A stretch of DNA of 63,996 nt, counting the filler, from Folioceros fuciformis (lineage: Eukaryota): assembly GCA_049999805.1 (NCBI GenBank). It is 4 parts of 3 records of this genome, joined end to end, with 100 filler letters (N's around TTAATTAATTAA, not from the genome) between each part and the next. Parts side by side here need not be neighbours in the genome. Positions count along the whole stretch, not along the records: positions 37,161 to 52,686 come from JBNGIO010006150.1; positions 52,787 to 63,996 come from JBNGIO010006156.1; 2 more parts are not named here. The stretch is one strand, 5' to 3'. Under the pieces are notes generated by a model. That model made no database searches. It saw only the letters and a list, made by a program, of their open reading frames with translations, and was not told the DNA's origin. Positions 48,100 through 60,327 of the stretch are shown here, piece after piece. Positions within the stretch are counted from its first letter, which is position 1, and each line of letters opens with the position of its first letter. The translations under genes and the position numbers were made by a program.

Positions 48100-48371
48100 G
48101 TATCAGATCTTTTGAAATAACGTCTCAAGCTGACAGGTTAAGCTGGTTCAAGGAACATCGTTCTCAAGCAGGCAATCTGAACTCCTGAAGCAGCAGAAAC
48201 GGAGAGGAAACATGACGGGATGCAAGAAAAGAAGTCCTTAAGCCAGGCAGTTTGAGCTCCTACGGGACAGTAAAAACGGTGAGATATGATAGGATGCAAG
48301 TAGAAACGGTTTGTAGTTCACCATTTGTAATAATAGTTATATTTAATAAAATTACGGTTGTTGGTGTACAT

Positions 48372-48443
48372 GGTCCTATAGTCTAGTGGTTAGGACACTG
48401 GACTCTGAATCCAGTAGCCCGAGTTCAAATCTCGGTGGGACCT
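48372..48443 (+). tRNA. tRNA-Gln(CTG)
   Basis: Cloverleaf: acceptor GGTCCTA/TGGGACC, D-loop TAGTGG, anticodon arm CTGGA-CTCTGAA-TCCAG, T-arm CCGAG-TTCAAAT-CTCGG, followed by a short T run. Confidence 0.97.
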
Positions 48444-48538
48444 TTTGGACTTTCTCTGTCGCTTCACTGCCAAGAACTTCGCCTTGTATAACTTTGCCTT
48501 CCGTTTTTTATGCGACATTCTCTGCAACAGTACATTCC

Positions 48539-50822
48539 ATGGCTCCAACTCTGCTCCCGCTCAACGTGCACTTGACAGCCTTCCATGTGATTCTGTTTCT
48601 GCAAGTAAGCGATGCTGCTGCTGGGTCTAGGGTTTAGGGTGAGTGGTTTGTCGGAACCTTGCAAAGGCTGGTAGTGGTCTTGGGACACGTCTGGTTCTGA
48701 GATGCGCGTATGGTTTCAGGGGCAGGAGTTTGCCTTCTCCTTGCACAATGTGCCGGGGCCAGAGAGCAAATCGTCTTTGAAAAATGCCAAGCTGGAGTGT
48801 AGCTCTGATCTACGTAGGCTTCTCAAGGGATTCGAGCGAACGCTGCAAGAGGTCTTTGGCGTCCCTATCTGATATGCAAGTGCTTTTGTGCTTCATGAAC
48901 TCTAGGCTAGCTAGAGGCATAATTCAGTCAAATCACTTGGTGCTTTCTGGCACGCCCAAAGACCTAATCTGTGACACATCTATGTGCAGAGATTGACTCA
49001 AAGCATGAATGTTGCGACCTTTGTGATAGAGCTAGAAGAAATCCTGGTTGTCAGCCTTGGCCTCGTCGTACTTGAGTCGCTATTGAATTCGAGTCACTTC
49101 AATCCTCATCCATTCCAACATTTGTCAGGAGCGGATTCTTTGCGCTCAACCAAAGATATGTCTGCCATCAGCAACTTTCTACACTCACGTTTGCTCAGAA
49201 GTAAGTTGGTACAATTCCTTCACAGAACGTGAGTTATTTTTCTCAGTCCCTGCGGCCAACTAACTGGAATTTTTTTTCGCAGCTGGGGTCTATTGGGCTG
49301 GAGCATTTGATGTGGCTGGGAGAAGATCTTAAACACTTGCGGCTCCGCGTTTTGTAAGTCCACTTGTCTTCTTGTGGATAGACTGGTAGATGGCCTTTGG
49401 CGTACATTGTGCAGCTTGGAGTAACCTGACTTCAACGGTAATGCTTGTCACACTCACACAGCGATCAGGCTGCCCGAGAGCATGCAGTGCATGTGGAACT
49501 ACCAGCCGCTTATCCAGACGTTGAACCAATCACTTCTGCAGTACGTGTGTAAGCAGGCCTCCACTGTTACTTCGTTTGGACTGGTTGCATGCCGGTAGAG
49601 ACTCTCAGCCATGTCTCGTTTCCAGGACCTGCCAGCTGCAGTGGAACTATCATGGTCTCGCGGTTCTTCCCTCAAGGACATCATAACACAATATGAACAG
49701 GTATGAGCACTACAAACTCAATCATTCCCTATTAAGAACTCACCGTTGTGAATCTTTTCTTAGGCGAGTCTGCTGAGAGTGTAGGCTGTAAATAAGTATC
49801 AAGATTTCTGGACTGTGATGGAGGACATCGACAGTAAGGTCTGGGTCATGGAACCCGAGCATCCTTCCAGAGCTGATACCTCCCGGCGTATTGCACTAGG
49901 TGCGTTGACCCTTAATGTGTGGAGGCAGTGCAGTGCAATAGGACACGAGCACATGCCATTCTGAGCTAGCTGGTTTTGATCTCTTACCAGGTGGCCACTG
50001 CTCGCTATCAGTAACCGTGGACCCTCTATTCCCACNNNNNNNNNNNNNNNNNNNNNNNNNNNNNNNNNNNNNNNNNNNNNNNNNNNNNNNNNNNNNNNNN
50101 NNNNNNNNNNNNNNNNNNNNNNNNNNNNNNNNNNNAGCGTTGACTGTGGTACGGGGTGTGCAGATGCCACTTTCTGGGCTCAGATGCCAGTGTTGGGCCA
50201 CTGAGAAAACAACTGAACAACAGCGCAGGCCTATGGTAGCCATCTTCAGCAACCGTGACCTATCATGCACATGACTGTTATGCCTCCTATGACCAGGGAG
50301 GGGTTCACGTTGCAGGAAGGCTGACAGGCTATTACTCAGAAACCTTGAGCAAATTCTGCAGATCAATTTCCCATCACCCCAAGACAAAGGGCAGCAAGAC
50401 CTGAGTGCGGATTGTGGAATTTGTTACGCATACCGAGCACCTGACAGTAAGGTCTCATCGATGTGTGTCATTGCAGTTGATTACCTGCTGACTTCAGGCT
50501 AACCACCTTGGCTCGCTGCTGAGGGAGTGCAGGTGGGACGAGGAAAAATTCAGGAGAAGGAAGCATTCCTGATCGTGCTTGTGACAACCCAAACTGCGGG
50601 CATCCCTTTCACAGTGCATGTCTGATCGAGTGGTTACAATCCATCGCGACCACCAGACAGTATGTCGTCCTTTCTTTGGTGACTTCGCCACCCTATTTCG
50701 TTAGGGAGGTATTTCTGCTTACACGTTTTGGATCCACCTTGCCATGCAGATCATTTGATGTCTTTTTTGGACAGTGCCCGTACTGCTCCCATCCTATTGC
50801 TGTGAAAGTAACTTCTTTCTGA
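48539..50822 (+). CDS. FANCL: E3 ubiquitin ligase FANCL (ELF, DRWD and RING), multi-exon, contains an N gap
   Basis: TLLPLN..Q|GQEF..LKNAKLEC, FVIELEEIL, REHAVHVELP..YP, FWTVMEDIDSKVWVMEPEHP..RRIALG, DCGICY, CDNPNCGHPFH..CL.EWL, SFDVFFGQCPYCSHPI. Confidence 0.92.
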
Positions 50823-52686
50823 GAGGTCGTGGGTGGCAAGGGAATCAACGCTGAGTTGCATGCTTTGGCCATCCTTGCTTGCTCCGGCATCCTTGCAGAG
50901 GTTCTTTCTGCCTTGTACAAGCCTGACATGCATATATACCAGTACCACCTAACCCAACTCACTTTCTTCCACTAGAAAGGAGGGAGGGACAAATGAGCCT
51001 GATCTCGGGTTCCCCACCCACTCCCCCTCCCGCTCGTGTGTGCCCTTGCTTCAAGTACATCTATACGCCAATGTAGTTTTGTGGGAGCATTCCGTCATGA
51101 GTGTCACCTCGTACAATACCTAGGTAGCAACTAAGGTATGCTCCAATCTCTGTTTGTGGGAGCTCACAGGTGCATCACACAACTCTCGTGTAGAGTGGTA
51201 TAGTATGAGCTGCAATGAACATGTCTACACGAAGCAGTTTCGTGCTGTTCTCACCATAGCACATCCTGGAAGAAGGTACTGGAAGCGCACTACTTGTTCT
51301 GAGAACGATAACTAGGGTTTGAGAGACAAGTGCTGCATGCATGTACTGGAATGTCTGCCCTCGGTTAACTACCTGTTCGTCTTCATCAATAATCCAGTGT
51401 TCACGTGTTCATACAATACCTGTAACTGACGTTGTGTCACAGACCTGTCCCGACTCCTGACGTTCTACAGGCCGGGACTACAAGTACACACAGCTTGGGT
51501 ACAGGCTCTCAAGGCCACCGGGGCGAGTACCCGCATCTCCGGAATCGCATGCGCGCACCGAGTCCGACTGACAACTTTTAAAGTCACCGTAACGGGCTGC
51601 CAGACAATCTGTTGACCAGTTGCACCAAATCTGTCGGGTCACGCCGACTATTACACCAACTTCTAGCCACTCAAACACAAGCAGGGAACAAACAAGGTTC
51701 ACTTTCGACGGATAAGAAACTGTGCGCAACCAGTTCTTTATTAAGGGGCCCAAATTTCGGCACCTAAGCAAATGTGTATCCAGTGTTTCCTACAGACGAA
51801 CCCCGAGATCTGAAAAGAGATGTCATTATCTCTACCAACCCGATGTAAGATTGATGTAGAACAGAGCTGCACTTGAGATGTATCAAACCCTTAACACCTG
51901 ACTGCACCGTCTTCAGTCAGTCAAGATGAAGATCAAAAGACCCAACAGCTTCCTCGCGTCGCATACCAGACCTCATGGAACTCTGAAGCTTGTCGGGCAT
52001 TTAAACATGCGGCAGAGTGTACAGCTCCTCAATAACAGAGCAGGAGAAATGTAAGGAACAGGCCGGCAAACAAAGCTTCTGGCTCCGCTCCAAACCAGCT
52101 ACACTTGCACTGCAATCCAGGGCAACAGACGAACAAGGAACAAACAAGAGAGTCGATCAGAAAACCTTCACTGGGCAATTGCCTGGTGCGTAACCTGAAT
52201 ATCCGAAGGAAAGACACGCAGGATACAACAGCGAGCGGCTCGACTGGTATCAGTCATGCCACACACACCCAACCGAAAAATGGCCACGCAATTATTTTGA
52301 GGTTGAAGAAGAGATTGCATTACGCAGCAACTTGGACGGGCAGCCCAAACGAAGATGCGGCCAGTGTCAACTTTCAAACACCAGCTGGTGAATGCCAGAA
52401 GGTGTCGCAAAACACCGGCAACATCGTCAACAATTGCCATGTCCAACCACTTCGTGATGCTCTCTCTTCTCCAACCCGAAAATTATTGCAAGCATGTATC
52501 CAGGCCCTGCCCTGCTTACATCGGGACCCCGATTTCCTCGACCCTTTACCGCTCCGTCACAGAAACAACTGCAACACACTGCCGGCACCAAGATCGGCTC
52601 GCCGGAGCTCAAAGGCGACAAATCCATGCACGCAAATCACCAAAAAAATCCTCCAAACCACTCCAACGGTCCAACCTCAACGCCAG

Positions 52687-52786
52687 NNNNNNNNNNNNNN
52701 NNNNNNNNNNNNNNNNNNNNNNNNNNNNNNTTAATTAATTAANNNNNNNNNNNNNNNNNNNNNNNNNNNNNNNNNNNNNNNNNNNN
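52687..52786. other. Artificial contig-join spacer
   Basis: N44 TTAATTAATTAA N44. Confidence 0.97.
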
Positions 52787-55759
52787 TCCTCTGCTTGGTC
52801 CATCTCATCAGTGATTTCACAGCTAGTAATACGGTCATCGGGTTTCGATACGTCCTCAAGCATTCTTGTCATCATGAAAGCACCAGCATCTGCAGCAATG
52901 CCTCGGATGTCCCTTGGTGTCAAACCAGAGGTCTGTGATGCTATCAATTTAAATTTGGCCTGAATTGCTTCCTATGGGCATAAAATGTGTATGATAAGCG
53001 ACCGTGCCTGATGCCAGCCATACGCAGGGGATATTCACGAAAACAGTCATCACGCAAGCTAGTCCTCGGAATCATAACGTAGAATTTGGAAGGGAGAACT
53101 AAGTTATGAACTGAAGGCAAAAAGTCCAGGTCGGCAGTCCTCACCCAAGATTCCATGTCATTGTCCAGTTGCAAACATTTGGGGTTGAGAAAAGTCTTCA
53201 GTAGCTTCAGGCGTTCATCCTCATTTGGTGTGCTTATTTCCAGGTCGTGGGTAAAGCAACGGCGAAGAGGAGGTGATAGGACTTCCATGTCTTCAGCAGC
53301 TGCAACAACAAGAACCAGGCCGTCTCGTACTCCCCGATGTTCAACAGTAAATTTCTGAGAACAGTTACACGTACTGATATCNNNNNNNNNNNNNNNNNNN
53401 NNNNNNNNNNNNNNNNNNNNNNNNNNNNNNNNNNNNNNNNNNNNNNNNNNNNNNNNNNNNNNNNNNNNNNNNNNNNNNNNNTACTGATATCAATGAGAAC
53501 GTAAACATTGACAATCCTCGAATTCAAGCGATCCCTAATAACTAGGGATACATGCTCCTCAAAAGCAACCACAGTGAAGCAGACCTTAGTTGAGCTGAAT
53601 GAAGACTTGCTGTTACGCAGATGACCAAACGCATCCACAGGTTTAGACAGTCTTGCTTCGACAGTAGATAACTTTTCTGCTTGTGTATCAGAATCCTCCG
53701 CCTCATCCCCCTCATCCCAGGTTTGCAGGTGTGTCTGAACACAGTCTCTCAAAGCGAAAGCAACCCGAGACATATTCTCGGTAGAAGGGTTCCCACTTGC
53801 CGATTTTCCAAGAGCATTGAAACGCCTAAGGAGGAGGATAGCTGGGGAATACCTGCACACACCATGCCAATATAAGTGCTGCAACCGGCACGACAGGCTG
53901 ACTCTTTTTTACCACAACTGCAAATACGTAACACAAATTCTGACCCCACAACATTGGGCTTACCGACTGGCTACTTTGAAAGCACTCATAATGGCTGAAG
54001 CGGTTTTTGCATCTGAAGCTCCAAGAAACTCATAGCAATTGTATTCGACCACATGAATACCTAGAAGATCAGCAGCTTGCCGAACGATTACGCGCTTTCC
54101 AACACCTGCACATAAGAAGCTGTGGACAACTAAGACTAAGACTGGAACTTTCAGCACCTTATTCGCGTGCTGTGTAGCACTGTTCCCACATGCAGATGAA
54201 TGAAAGGAGCTCATGAGACATGATCCTGTAACTGGGCCACACCTGCAGGTCCATGGATGAGCACAGATGTCTTGAGCTTAAGAGGACTCGTCTTGGGGTG
54301 CAAACAGGGTGCGAGAATAGCTGCTAACTTTTGCACGGCAGAAGACTGGTGCTGTGCAGATGGAGGGCGCAAAGACCTCATTACCAAGGGTGGCAGTGGA
54401 GATGGCACAGGGCTACTGAACACCAGTCGTGTGTGATGGCGCTTCACCAACAAGAAAGATTCTGTGGAAGGCTTCAGGGCAAGAACCTACTGGGCATGTC
54501 AAGTAGATGTTGTCGATCAGAGCATCTACCTGTGGCATGGCAGCGGGCAAGGAGAGTAAACAAAGACAGACCTTGAAGTACACCACATCATGTGCTGCAT
54601 TGTTGTCCACTTGTCCTGCAAGAACTGCTGACGGGACCCTATTTCTTCGACTGGATTGCTATTGTGACGGACAACACATCCCCTCTTGCAAAGACCCTGT
54701 CCACCTTGAAGTAGGATTGCAGTGCAGCAACTACTTCTGCCCAACGTTCCTTTGAGAAGGTAGTTGCATCTTCGCCAGGAGCTTTCAAGCTTGCAATAAC
54801 TGGTAATCTTACATAAGCTATTTGCATATCAGAGGCATAGTTCATGAAGAGTGGCCTGTATCCAGATTGCCCACAAGCAGGAAGAGCTCGAAAGTCTTCC
54901 ACGTTAGTATTTGATACATGGTCTGCTCGAAGAGGCTGAATCTCAATCACCGAGGAGCACTGAGAAGGAGCATTTGGCAAACAATCGGATGACTCCAGGC
55001 GGTTAAAAGTTGCCAGATAATGCAAGTAGGAGGACTGTAGACCAAGATTATATGCGAGTCTCGGTGACAAGAACCCAAGATTCCTTTCCACGTTGTTGGA
55101 AGTAGGCACCTTAAGCATATGATAAGGGAAGCATGCAATTTCACCGCTATCTGCCCCTACAGCAGGGCCATCCATCGCCCTGGGGATACTCGGTGGATCC
55201 AACACCAAAGCCCTTGCAGGCCTCCCAACATTCATCCCCACGTTTCTCACCAGCACCTGTAGTCTCCAACGCCAGACCAGTCGAGACATCGGAATTCGTT
55301 GGAAAAAATGCATCCTAAAACAGGAAAAACCAGCAGGAAGCAGAGAGAATCAGGGACTACCCAAGAGCCAGTGCTCACACACAGCTGACGCAGGACATCA
55401 GCAGACAGGCCCACGATCGCTCCATCGTCAAAGGAGATCGTCTTCCCCCCCCGACTATCCGACAGCCCCTGCCAGTCCGTCTTGGCATCATCACTATCAT
55501 TCTCGGGTGCTCCAAAATTTGATACCCCTCCCGGAAGAAAAAGCAAACCCGCTCCCACGGCCACCTGAGGCTGAGGAGAAATCTCAAGATCTGTGATCAG
55601 CTCATGAAACCGACCATCTACTAGGACACCCGGCTCCTCCTCCTCCTCCTCTTTCTTGCCCTCGTCCACCAATTCGCGAACGCCCTTGGGATTGTGCAGC
55701 ACCAAATTGACAGCGTTCAATGTCTGACAAAGAATCAAAGGTGCCCGCTCTTGTCCCAT
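52787..55759 (-). CDS. PEX6: Peroxisome biogenesis AAA ATPase PEX6, 5' part (N domains and D1); 3' end lost at the contig join
   Basis: MGQERAPLILCQT, VGLSADVLRQLCVSTGSW, FLSPRLAYNLGL, LAAILAPCLHP, Walker A VLIHGPAG|VGKR, IHVVEYNC, YSPAILLLR, LRRCFTH, QTSGLTPRD. Confidence 0.9.
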
Positions 55760-56045
55760 TGTCACCCTTCTCCTAGACAAGACAAATTGGCAATTCAACG
55801 CATAACGTACATACAGCCTTATGTAATTGTTGCTACAGCCCGCACGTGGTTGCCAAGTTCAAGGACACACAGCTATAGAATCTCATTGTCCTGAGTGCGG
55901 CGTGTCTGTGTCCCGAACCCTAGACAACATTCCTTCGAGACCTCTCATCTCCTCCGTGCAGACCGAGAACTATGGCGCAACTAATTGGAGTCGGGACACT
56001 TTAGGGATCGCGGTGGTCATGTACTCGAAATGCTCCACAGTAGAA

Positions 56046-58028
56046 CTAGTTGTGTGCAATGGCGGGAATCCGCAGTTCTTTCATAGCTTTGGAAGATAAG
56101 CAAAAATGGAGTACGCCGCGCAGGTCGGCGTTTTGCTGTCTAAGGGAAAGGACTTGTGAAGTGAGTTTCACTCGTTCCTTGAGAAGCTGGTTGTAGTGCA
56201 ACAAGGAATGTTCCAGAGCAGTCCAGATCCTGAGCACCTTGGGACTTATCACAGTAGTGAAGCTCTTCCAGAAGGCCTGCCACGCCAGCTTCTCCGGAGG
56301 CACGATCACTTCTCCTGTGAAAGCATTGGCGTCGCTGAGCAGCTCGCTCCACCTCTTGTTGACGACGACGGGCGGCGGCGTGTCCGGCTTCTTATCCTCT
56401 ATCAAGTACTCCACCACTCCAGGAACAATCTCATCCCTGTCGACAAGCTGCACGGACCGCTCCTCCTCGGTGCACGTGAGGAAGAGCCTAAGCTTCTCGA
56501 GCGCATTCCCGCTGTTAACTCCCAGCGCTCGTAATATGGACACAACCCGGACGTGGTCGTGCAGATTCGGCTCCAGTTTGGCCAAGGTTTTCTTGGCATC
56601 CTCATCCACAAGGAATGCAGCCTCGTCGCAGAGGGCTTCCAGCATGGGCTGATACGAATGGTGCGTCATGGCCTGCAGCAGGTCTTCGTCAGGAGGGTCG
56701 TCCGTAGTGGTGGAATTGTCAGGCCTGTTCTCCGCCAGCTCCATCTCAAGTATGTTGGTTGCTGCGAAGTTGGCGAACACCTGATCACTTGGAGGACGCC
56801 AGTGCCATCCCAGCTGTTGCTCCTGCACGATCTTGTCTGCCTGCAAAACCTTGCTTACCAGAACCGCAAGTGCGTGCTGATGCATGCAGAAGAACTCCCG
56901 GTGCTGCTTCTCATATGAGTCCCTCAAATCAAACTCCTTGTGCTGCAGCTCCTGCAACAGCCTGGTGGCGCGAGCGTAGTCATCAGCCAGCTTCGCATTC
57001 ACCTCCTTGAATTTCCTCTCCAGCTCCGCGTGCTTGTTCTTGAGCATCATCAAGGTGTCGCGCTGCTTGGTAAGCTTCTTCTTCTGCTGCGTGGTAGTAA
57101 TGTAGTTCTCCCGGTCCCTCTCCACCAGCACTCTGTAGTTGTAATCAAGCTTCTCGGAATTGGTCTGATACACCGCCTGCATCACCTCATAGTGTTGCTC
57201 CAGAATGGAGATGTCGTTCTCCAGCCGCACCTTCAACGTGTTATACTCCTCCATATCCGCATTCCGCAAATCGTCCAGCGTCTTCTTGTTCTCGTCCGCC
57301 TTGGCCCGCATGCTGTCGTAGAAGTCGCTCTCGTGCGTGAGCCGCTTTTTGATCAACGCCTCCATCTCCCGGAAATTAGCATCCATGAGGTCCTTCCTCT
57401 GTTGCAGGAATCCCTTCTCGATGTTGTCGAACTCCCTGGTATAGGCGTCGTGCATGCTGGCCACCTGCCGCGTCATGGCGGCCACCAGGGAATCCACATC
57501 CAACTTCTGCTGGTGCACGGCCTCCTCGTACTCTTCATCCTTGAGCTTCAGCTCCGCCCTAATCTCCGCCAACACGGCGTCCTTGGACGCCAGGACCTCA
57601 TGGCACGCCTTGCGCTGGTTCCGGATCTCGGCCGCCAGCTGCTGCGGGACCTGGAACCTGGCGACCTCGTCCCAGCGCTTGGCGATGGCTTCATTGTGCT
57701 TGGCCGCCTCTTCTGCCTCCTGCTCCACCCGGGACTTGATGGCGCTGAGGTGCTGGGCATCCAGGATCCGGCGGTTGCACTCCCGATCGTCCGCCGCTAC
57801 GCGCACAAGCTTCACCTCGTCCTCGGATTTGGTGGAGAGCAGGGACAAGGCGTGCAGGCTGTTGGCCAATTGTATGTCCCCCGGCCCCTTGGGCTCCGGC
57901 TCCACCTGCACCTTGGATACCCGATTCTGGGAGGCATGGCTGGCGGCGATGCGTGCCGCTACTCTTGCTCTTCTGATGGCAATGCGCTCCTCCCGCTCCG
58001 CGACTCTCAATTCGGCTGCAGTCGGCAT
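56046..58028 (-). CDS. DRC1: Dynein regulatory complex subunit 1 (CCDC164), 660 aa, intronless
   Basis: Coiled-coil ORF with EREERIAIRRARVAARI, ELKLKDEEY, EEYNTLKVRLENDISILEQ, YQTNSEKLDYNYRVLVERDREN, ADKIVQEQQLGWHW, WTALEHSLLHYNQLLKER..LRQQNADLR. Confidence 0.9.
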   Translation of the reverse strand: MPTAAELRVAEREERIAIRRARVAARIAASHASQNRVSKVQVEPEPKGPGDIQLANSLHALSLLSTKSEDEVKLVRVAADDRECNRRILDAQHLSAIKSRVEQEAEEAAKHNEAIAKRWDEVARFQVPQQLAAEIRNQRKACHEVLASKDAVLAEIRAELKLKDEEYEEAVHQQKLDVDSLVAAMTRQVASMHDAYTREFDNIEKGFLQQRKDLMDANFREMEALIKKRLTHESDFYDSMRAKADENKKTLDDLRNADMEEYNTLKVRLENDISILEQHYEVMQAVYQTNSEKLDYNYRVLVERDRENYITTTQQKKKLTKQRDTLMMLKNKHAELERKFKEVNAKLADDYARATRLLQELQHKEFDLRDSYEKQHREFFCMHQHALAVLVSKVLQADKIVQEQQLGWHWRPPSDQVFANFAATNILEMELAENRPDNSTTTDDPPDEDLLQAMTHHSYQPMLEALCDEAAFLVDEDAKKTLAKLEPNLHDHVRVVSILRALGVNSGNALEKLRLFLTCTEEERSVQLVDRDEIVPGVVEYLIEDKKPDTPPPVVVNKRWSELLSDANAFTGEVIVPPEKLAWQAFWKSFTTVISPKVLRIWTALEHSLLHYNQLLKERVKLTSQVLSLRQQNADLRGVLHFCLSSKAMKELRIPAIAHN

Positions 58029-58669
58029 TTTGCCCGAGCCTGCCTACGTTCGAAGCTCTGCGGTCTCCCTGCCTTTGCCCGCCTGAGGCAGGCCCCTTGA
58101 GCATGACATTCCCCCACTTACCACACCTAACAAACCGCCGAGCCAAGGCGAAGGCGAATTCAAAGGCTTCGTTCGTATCATGGTTTCCCGTTTCCCTTTC
58201 TCGTACCCCTTCCTTCATCTTCGTTCTTTCAGAAAGAAACCTTCACTGGTCCATGTCACGAGGCAGGTAATTAATACCTAACCTACATGTTCAAGCTGCC
58301 TAGCCTACTCCTTACTCCACCCAGCTCCACCAACCAGGTCTTCTTTCTAAGTTTTTATTCTTTTTTAATATATGTATAATAAAATTCTTAAATTTTGATC
58401 TCACTTAGATGGAAGCCCAAACCAGAACAGAAATTAATTAAGAAAGGGGACAGATTACCACTACTTGCATAGGGTGTGGCCTACTTCAAACTAAAAGCTT
58501 TGGTTTGGTGTGAACATGCAAGAAGACTCTGACTCTACTACAACATTGGAGATGATGTTGTGAGGCTTGAGGTCTACTTCCTGCCTACCACAAGATTTCT
58601 TACAAGAACAAAAGCAGCAGCAATAGCTCTGGAGATCGATCGCCACACAACATAATCTGCCAACCAATC

Positions 58670-59476
58670 CTACTTTTTCTTCTTAATGGATTGATACAAT
58701 GCTGCTGCAATGCCCAAAACAACACTCAACAATATGATGTCAATGCAGAAGTTCCTTGAGGAACGCACTTGTGTTATAGTGTCCTTCATCCGAGTATTGG
58801 TGGTCTTGAGATTAGCTGCAGCTTTGTCTACTTTAGACTCTATTTCATCAAGCAAGGGATTTTGCTTCTCAAGTTCTTCACCCATATCTGCAGCCATATT
58901 CTTAAGTGTAGATAGCCCTTCTGATATGATATCCAAACCTTGATCTTGCTTAGCCTGGCGTGACTGTACCTCTGACTCAAAGCTCTTGGATTCCTCAGAA
59001 TGTTGCTTGCTCCTGGCCATCATCTCCTCTGTGCTCATGCTGTCAAACTTGATTTCAACTTTGGGTTTTTCCTTCTTGTTGGAGATCTTCTTGCCCACAG
59101 CAATACCATCTGGAATGTCCTCTATCTTTGCTGCGATGGCTGTAACTAGCTCAGGTCTAGCTGCAAGCTCCTCAGGCTTCACTCCCTTAACTTTTTTGGT
59201 TGATAGCTTGGTGAGTTTAGGAAGCTGTTTCCTCAATGTTGCTTTCATGCGCCGCACCTCTGCGTTTAATGTGGCTACAACTGCTCTATTTTTTTCTGCC
59301 TGAGCATCATTTGATTTCTGGGTTGCACCTACTATGTCATTTTCCATTTCACTATACAGTCTAAGAAAATGGTCATGTGATGATATTTGATTCTCTTCTT
59401 TCTTGTCTGCATCATATTTCTCATATTTTTTGTATATTGCTTCTACTCGGACTAGAATATCAATAACATTTGACAT
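58670..59476 (-). CDS. Syntaxin of plants 7 family Qc-SNARE (SYP71-like), intronless
   Basis: VIDILVRVEAIYKKYEKYD, EKNRA..ATLNAEVRR.KA.L, SNARE QDQGLDIISEGL.TLKNMA.DM.EEL, C-terminal TM after RSSRNFCIDIILL. Confidence 0.93.
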   Translation of the reverse strand: MSNVIDILVRVEAIYKKYEKYDADKKEENQISSHDHFLRLYSEMENDIVGATQKSNDAQAEKNRAVVATLNAEVRRMKATLRKQLPKLTKLSTKKVKGVKPEELAARPELVTAIAAKIEDIPDGIAVGKKISNKKEKPKVEIKFDSMSTEEMMARSKQHSEESKSFESEVQSRQAKQDQGLDIISEGLSTLKNMAADMGEELEKQNPLLDEIESKVDKAAANLKTTNTRMKDTITQVRSSRNFCIDIILLSVVLGIAAALYQSIKKKK

Positions 59477-60327
59477 AATTTGTGCTTTTCAATTTCAAGC
59501 TCTCTTTATGATTCATTCATTCATTACAACCTTTCAACTATAAGGCTTACAAACTCTAAATCCTACACACATACACCAATGTGAACTTATTTCTAAAGTA
59601 AAATATAGCATCAAATATTCTTAGTAATATCTCAGAAGATCAAATAATAAATCTAATAAAGATTGACTAAAAATAATAATAATAAGATTTTTTAAGTTAC
59701 CATAAGTTGAACTACAAGTGGTATTTTGTGAGCGAGAACCTATTTCAAGTTTTTTTATATCTTTTGATATAGAAACATATATAAATATGTTTATAATTTT
59801 GTAAATATAATAAAAATATATACAAATATTAAAGATTAAAATAAAAATTTATTCAAATAGCTTTTGATCACTTGGAGAAAGATATGGAAGCTATTAGGAT
59901 CACAAGCAATACTATACAATAATAGACTCCATTACTATACCATATGAAGAAAAAAGAAGCATCAAGGTTGGATCCAACCCGTTCGCTTTTCATTCCTCCA
60001 TTTGGCGAAACAACAATTTGTAGCTTGTTTGTCTGTTTCGGTTAAAAAAACCTGAACGCAATCTGGATCAAAACCATCACCTGAAGGATGGATGCTGCAC
60101 GCAACAAAGAGGTGAAGGGATCCAAATCCGATTGCGAAGATTTGAGCATCTGGGCATCCAGGCGTTTTAGTTGGGCGACGTGATGGGAAACAGCAGCTTG
60201 GGATGTGAAAAGGGGCCCCATCCTTAGCATGTTTTTCTGAAGTTCTTCAATAGACGAAGGAGGCAAGCGATTACGGCAACCAAGGAGGAAGCGCCAGGCG
60301 GGAGGGGGAAAATTTGAGGGAGAGGAG

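Noticed and set aside
33807-50822. Apparent DNA-repair cluster (AlkA and FANCL)
   Set aside because: The genes are on different contigs separated by an artificial join.
50830-52686. 209-aa ORF and others downstream of FANCL
   Set aside because: No domain; composition looks non-coding, and the ORF runs into the contig end.
56940-58100. 386-aa and 210-aa ORFs antisense to DRC1
   Set aside because: Shadow ORFs expected from G/C-ending codons of the coiled-coil gene; L/V/H-rich with no domain.
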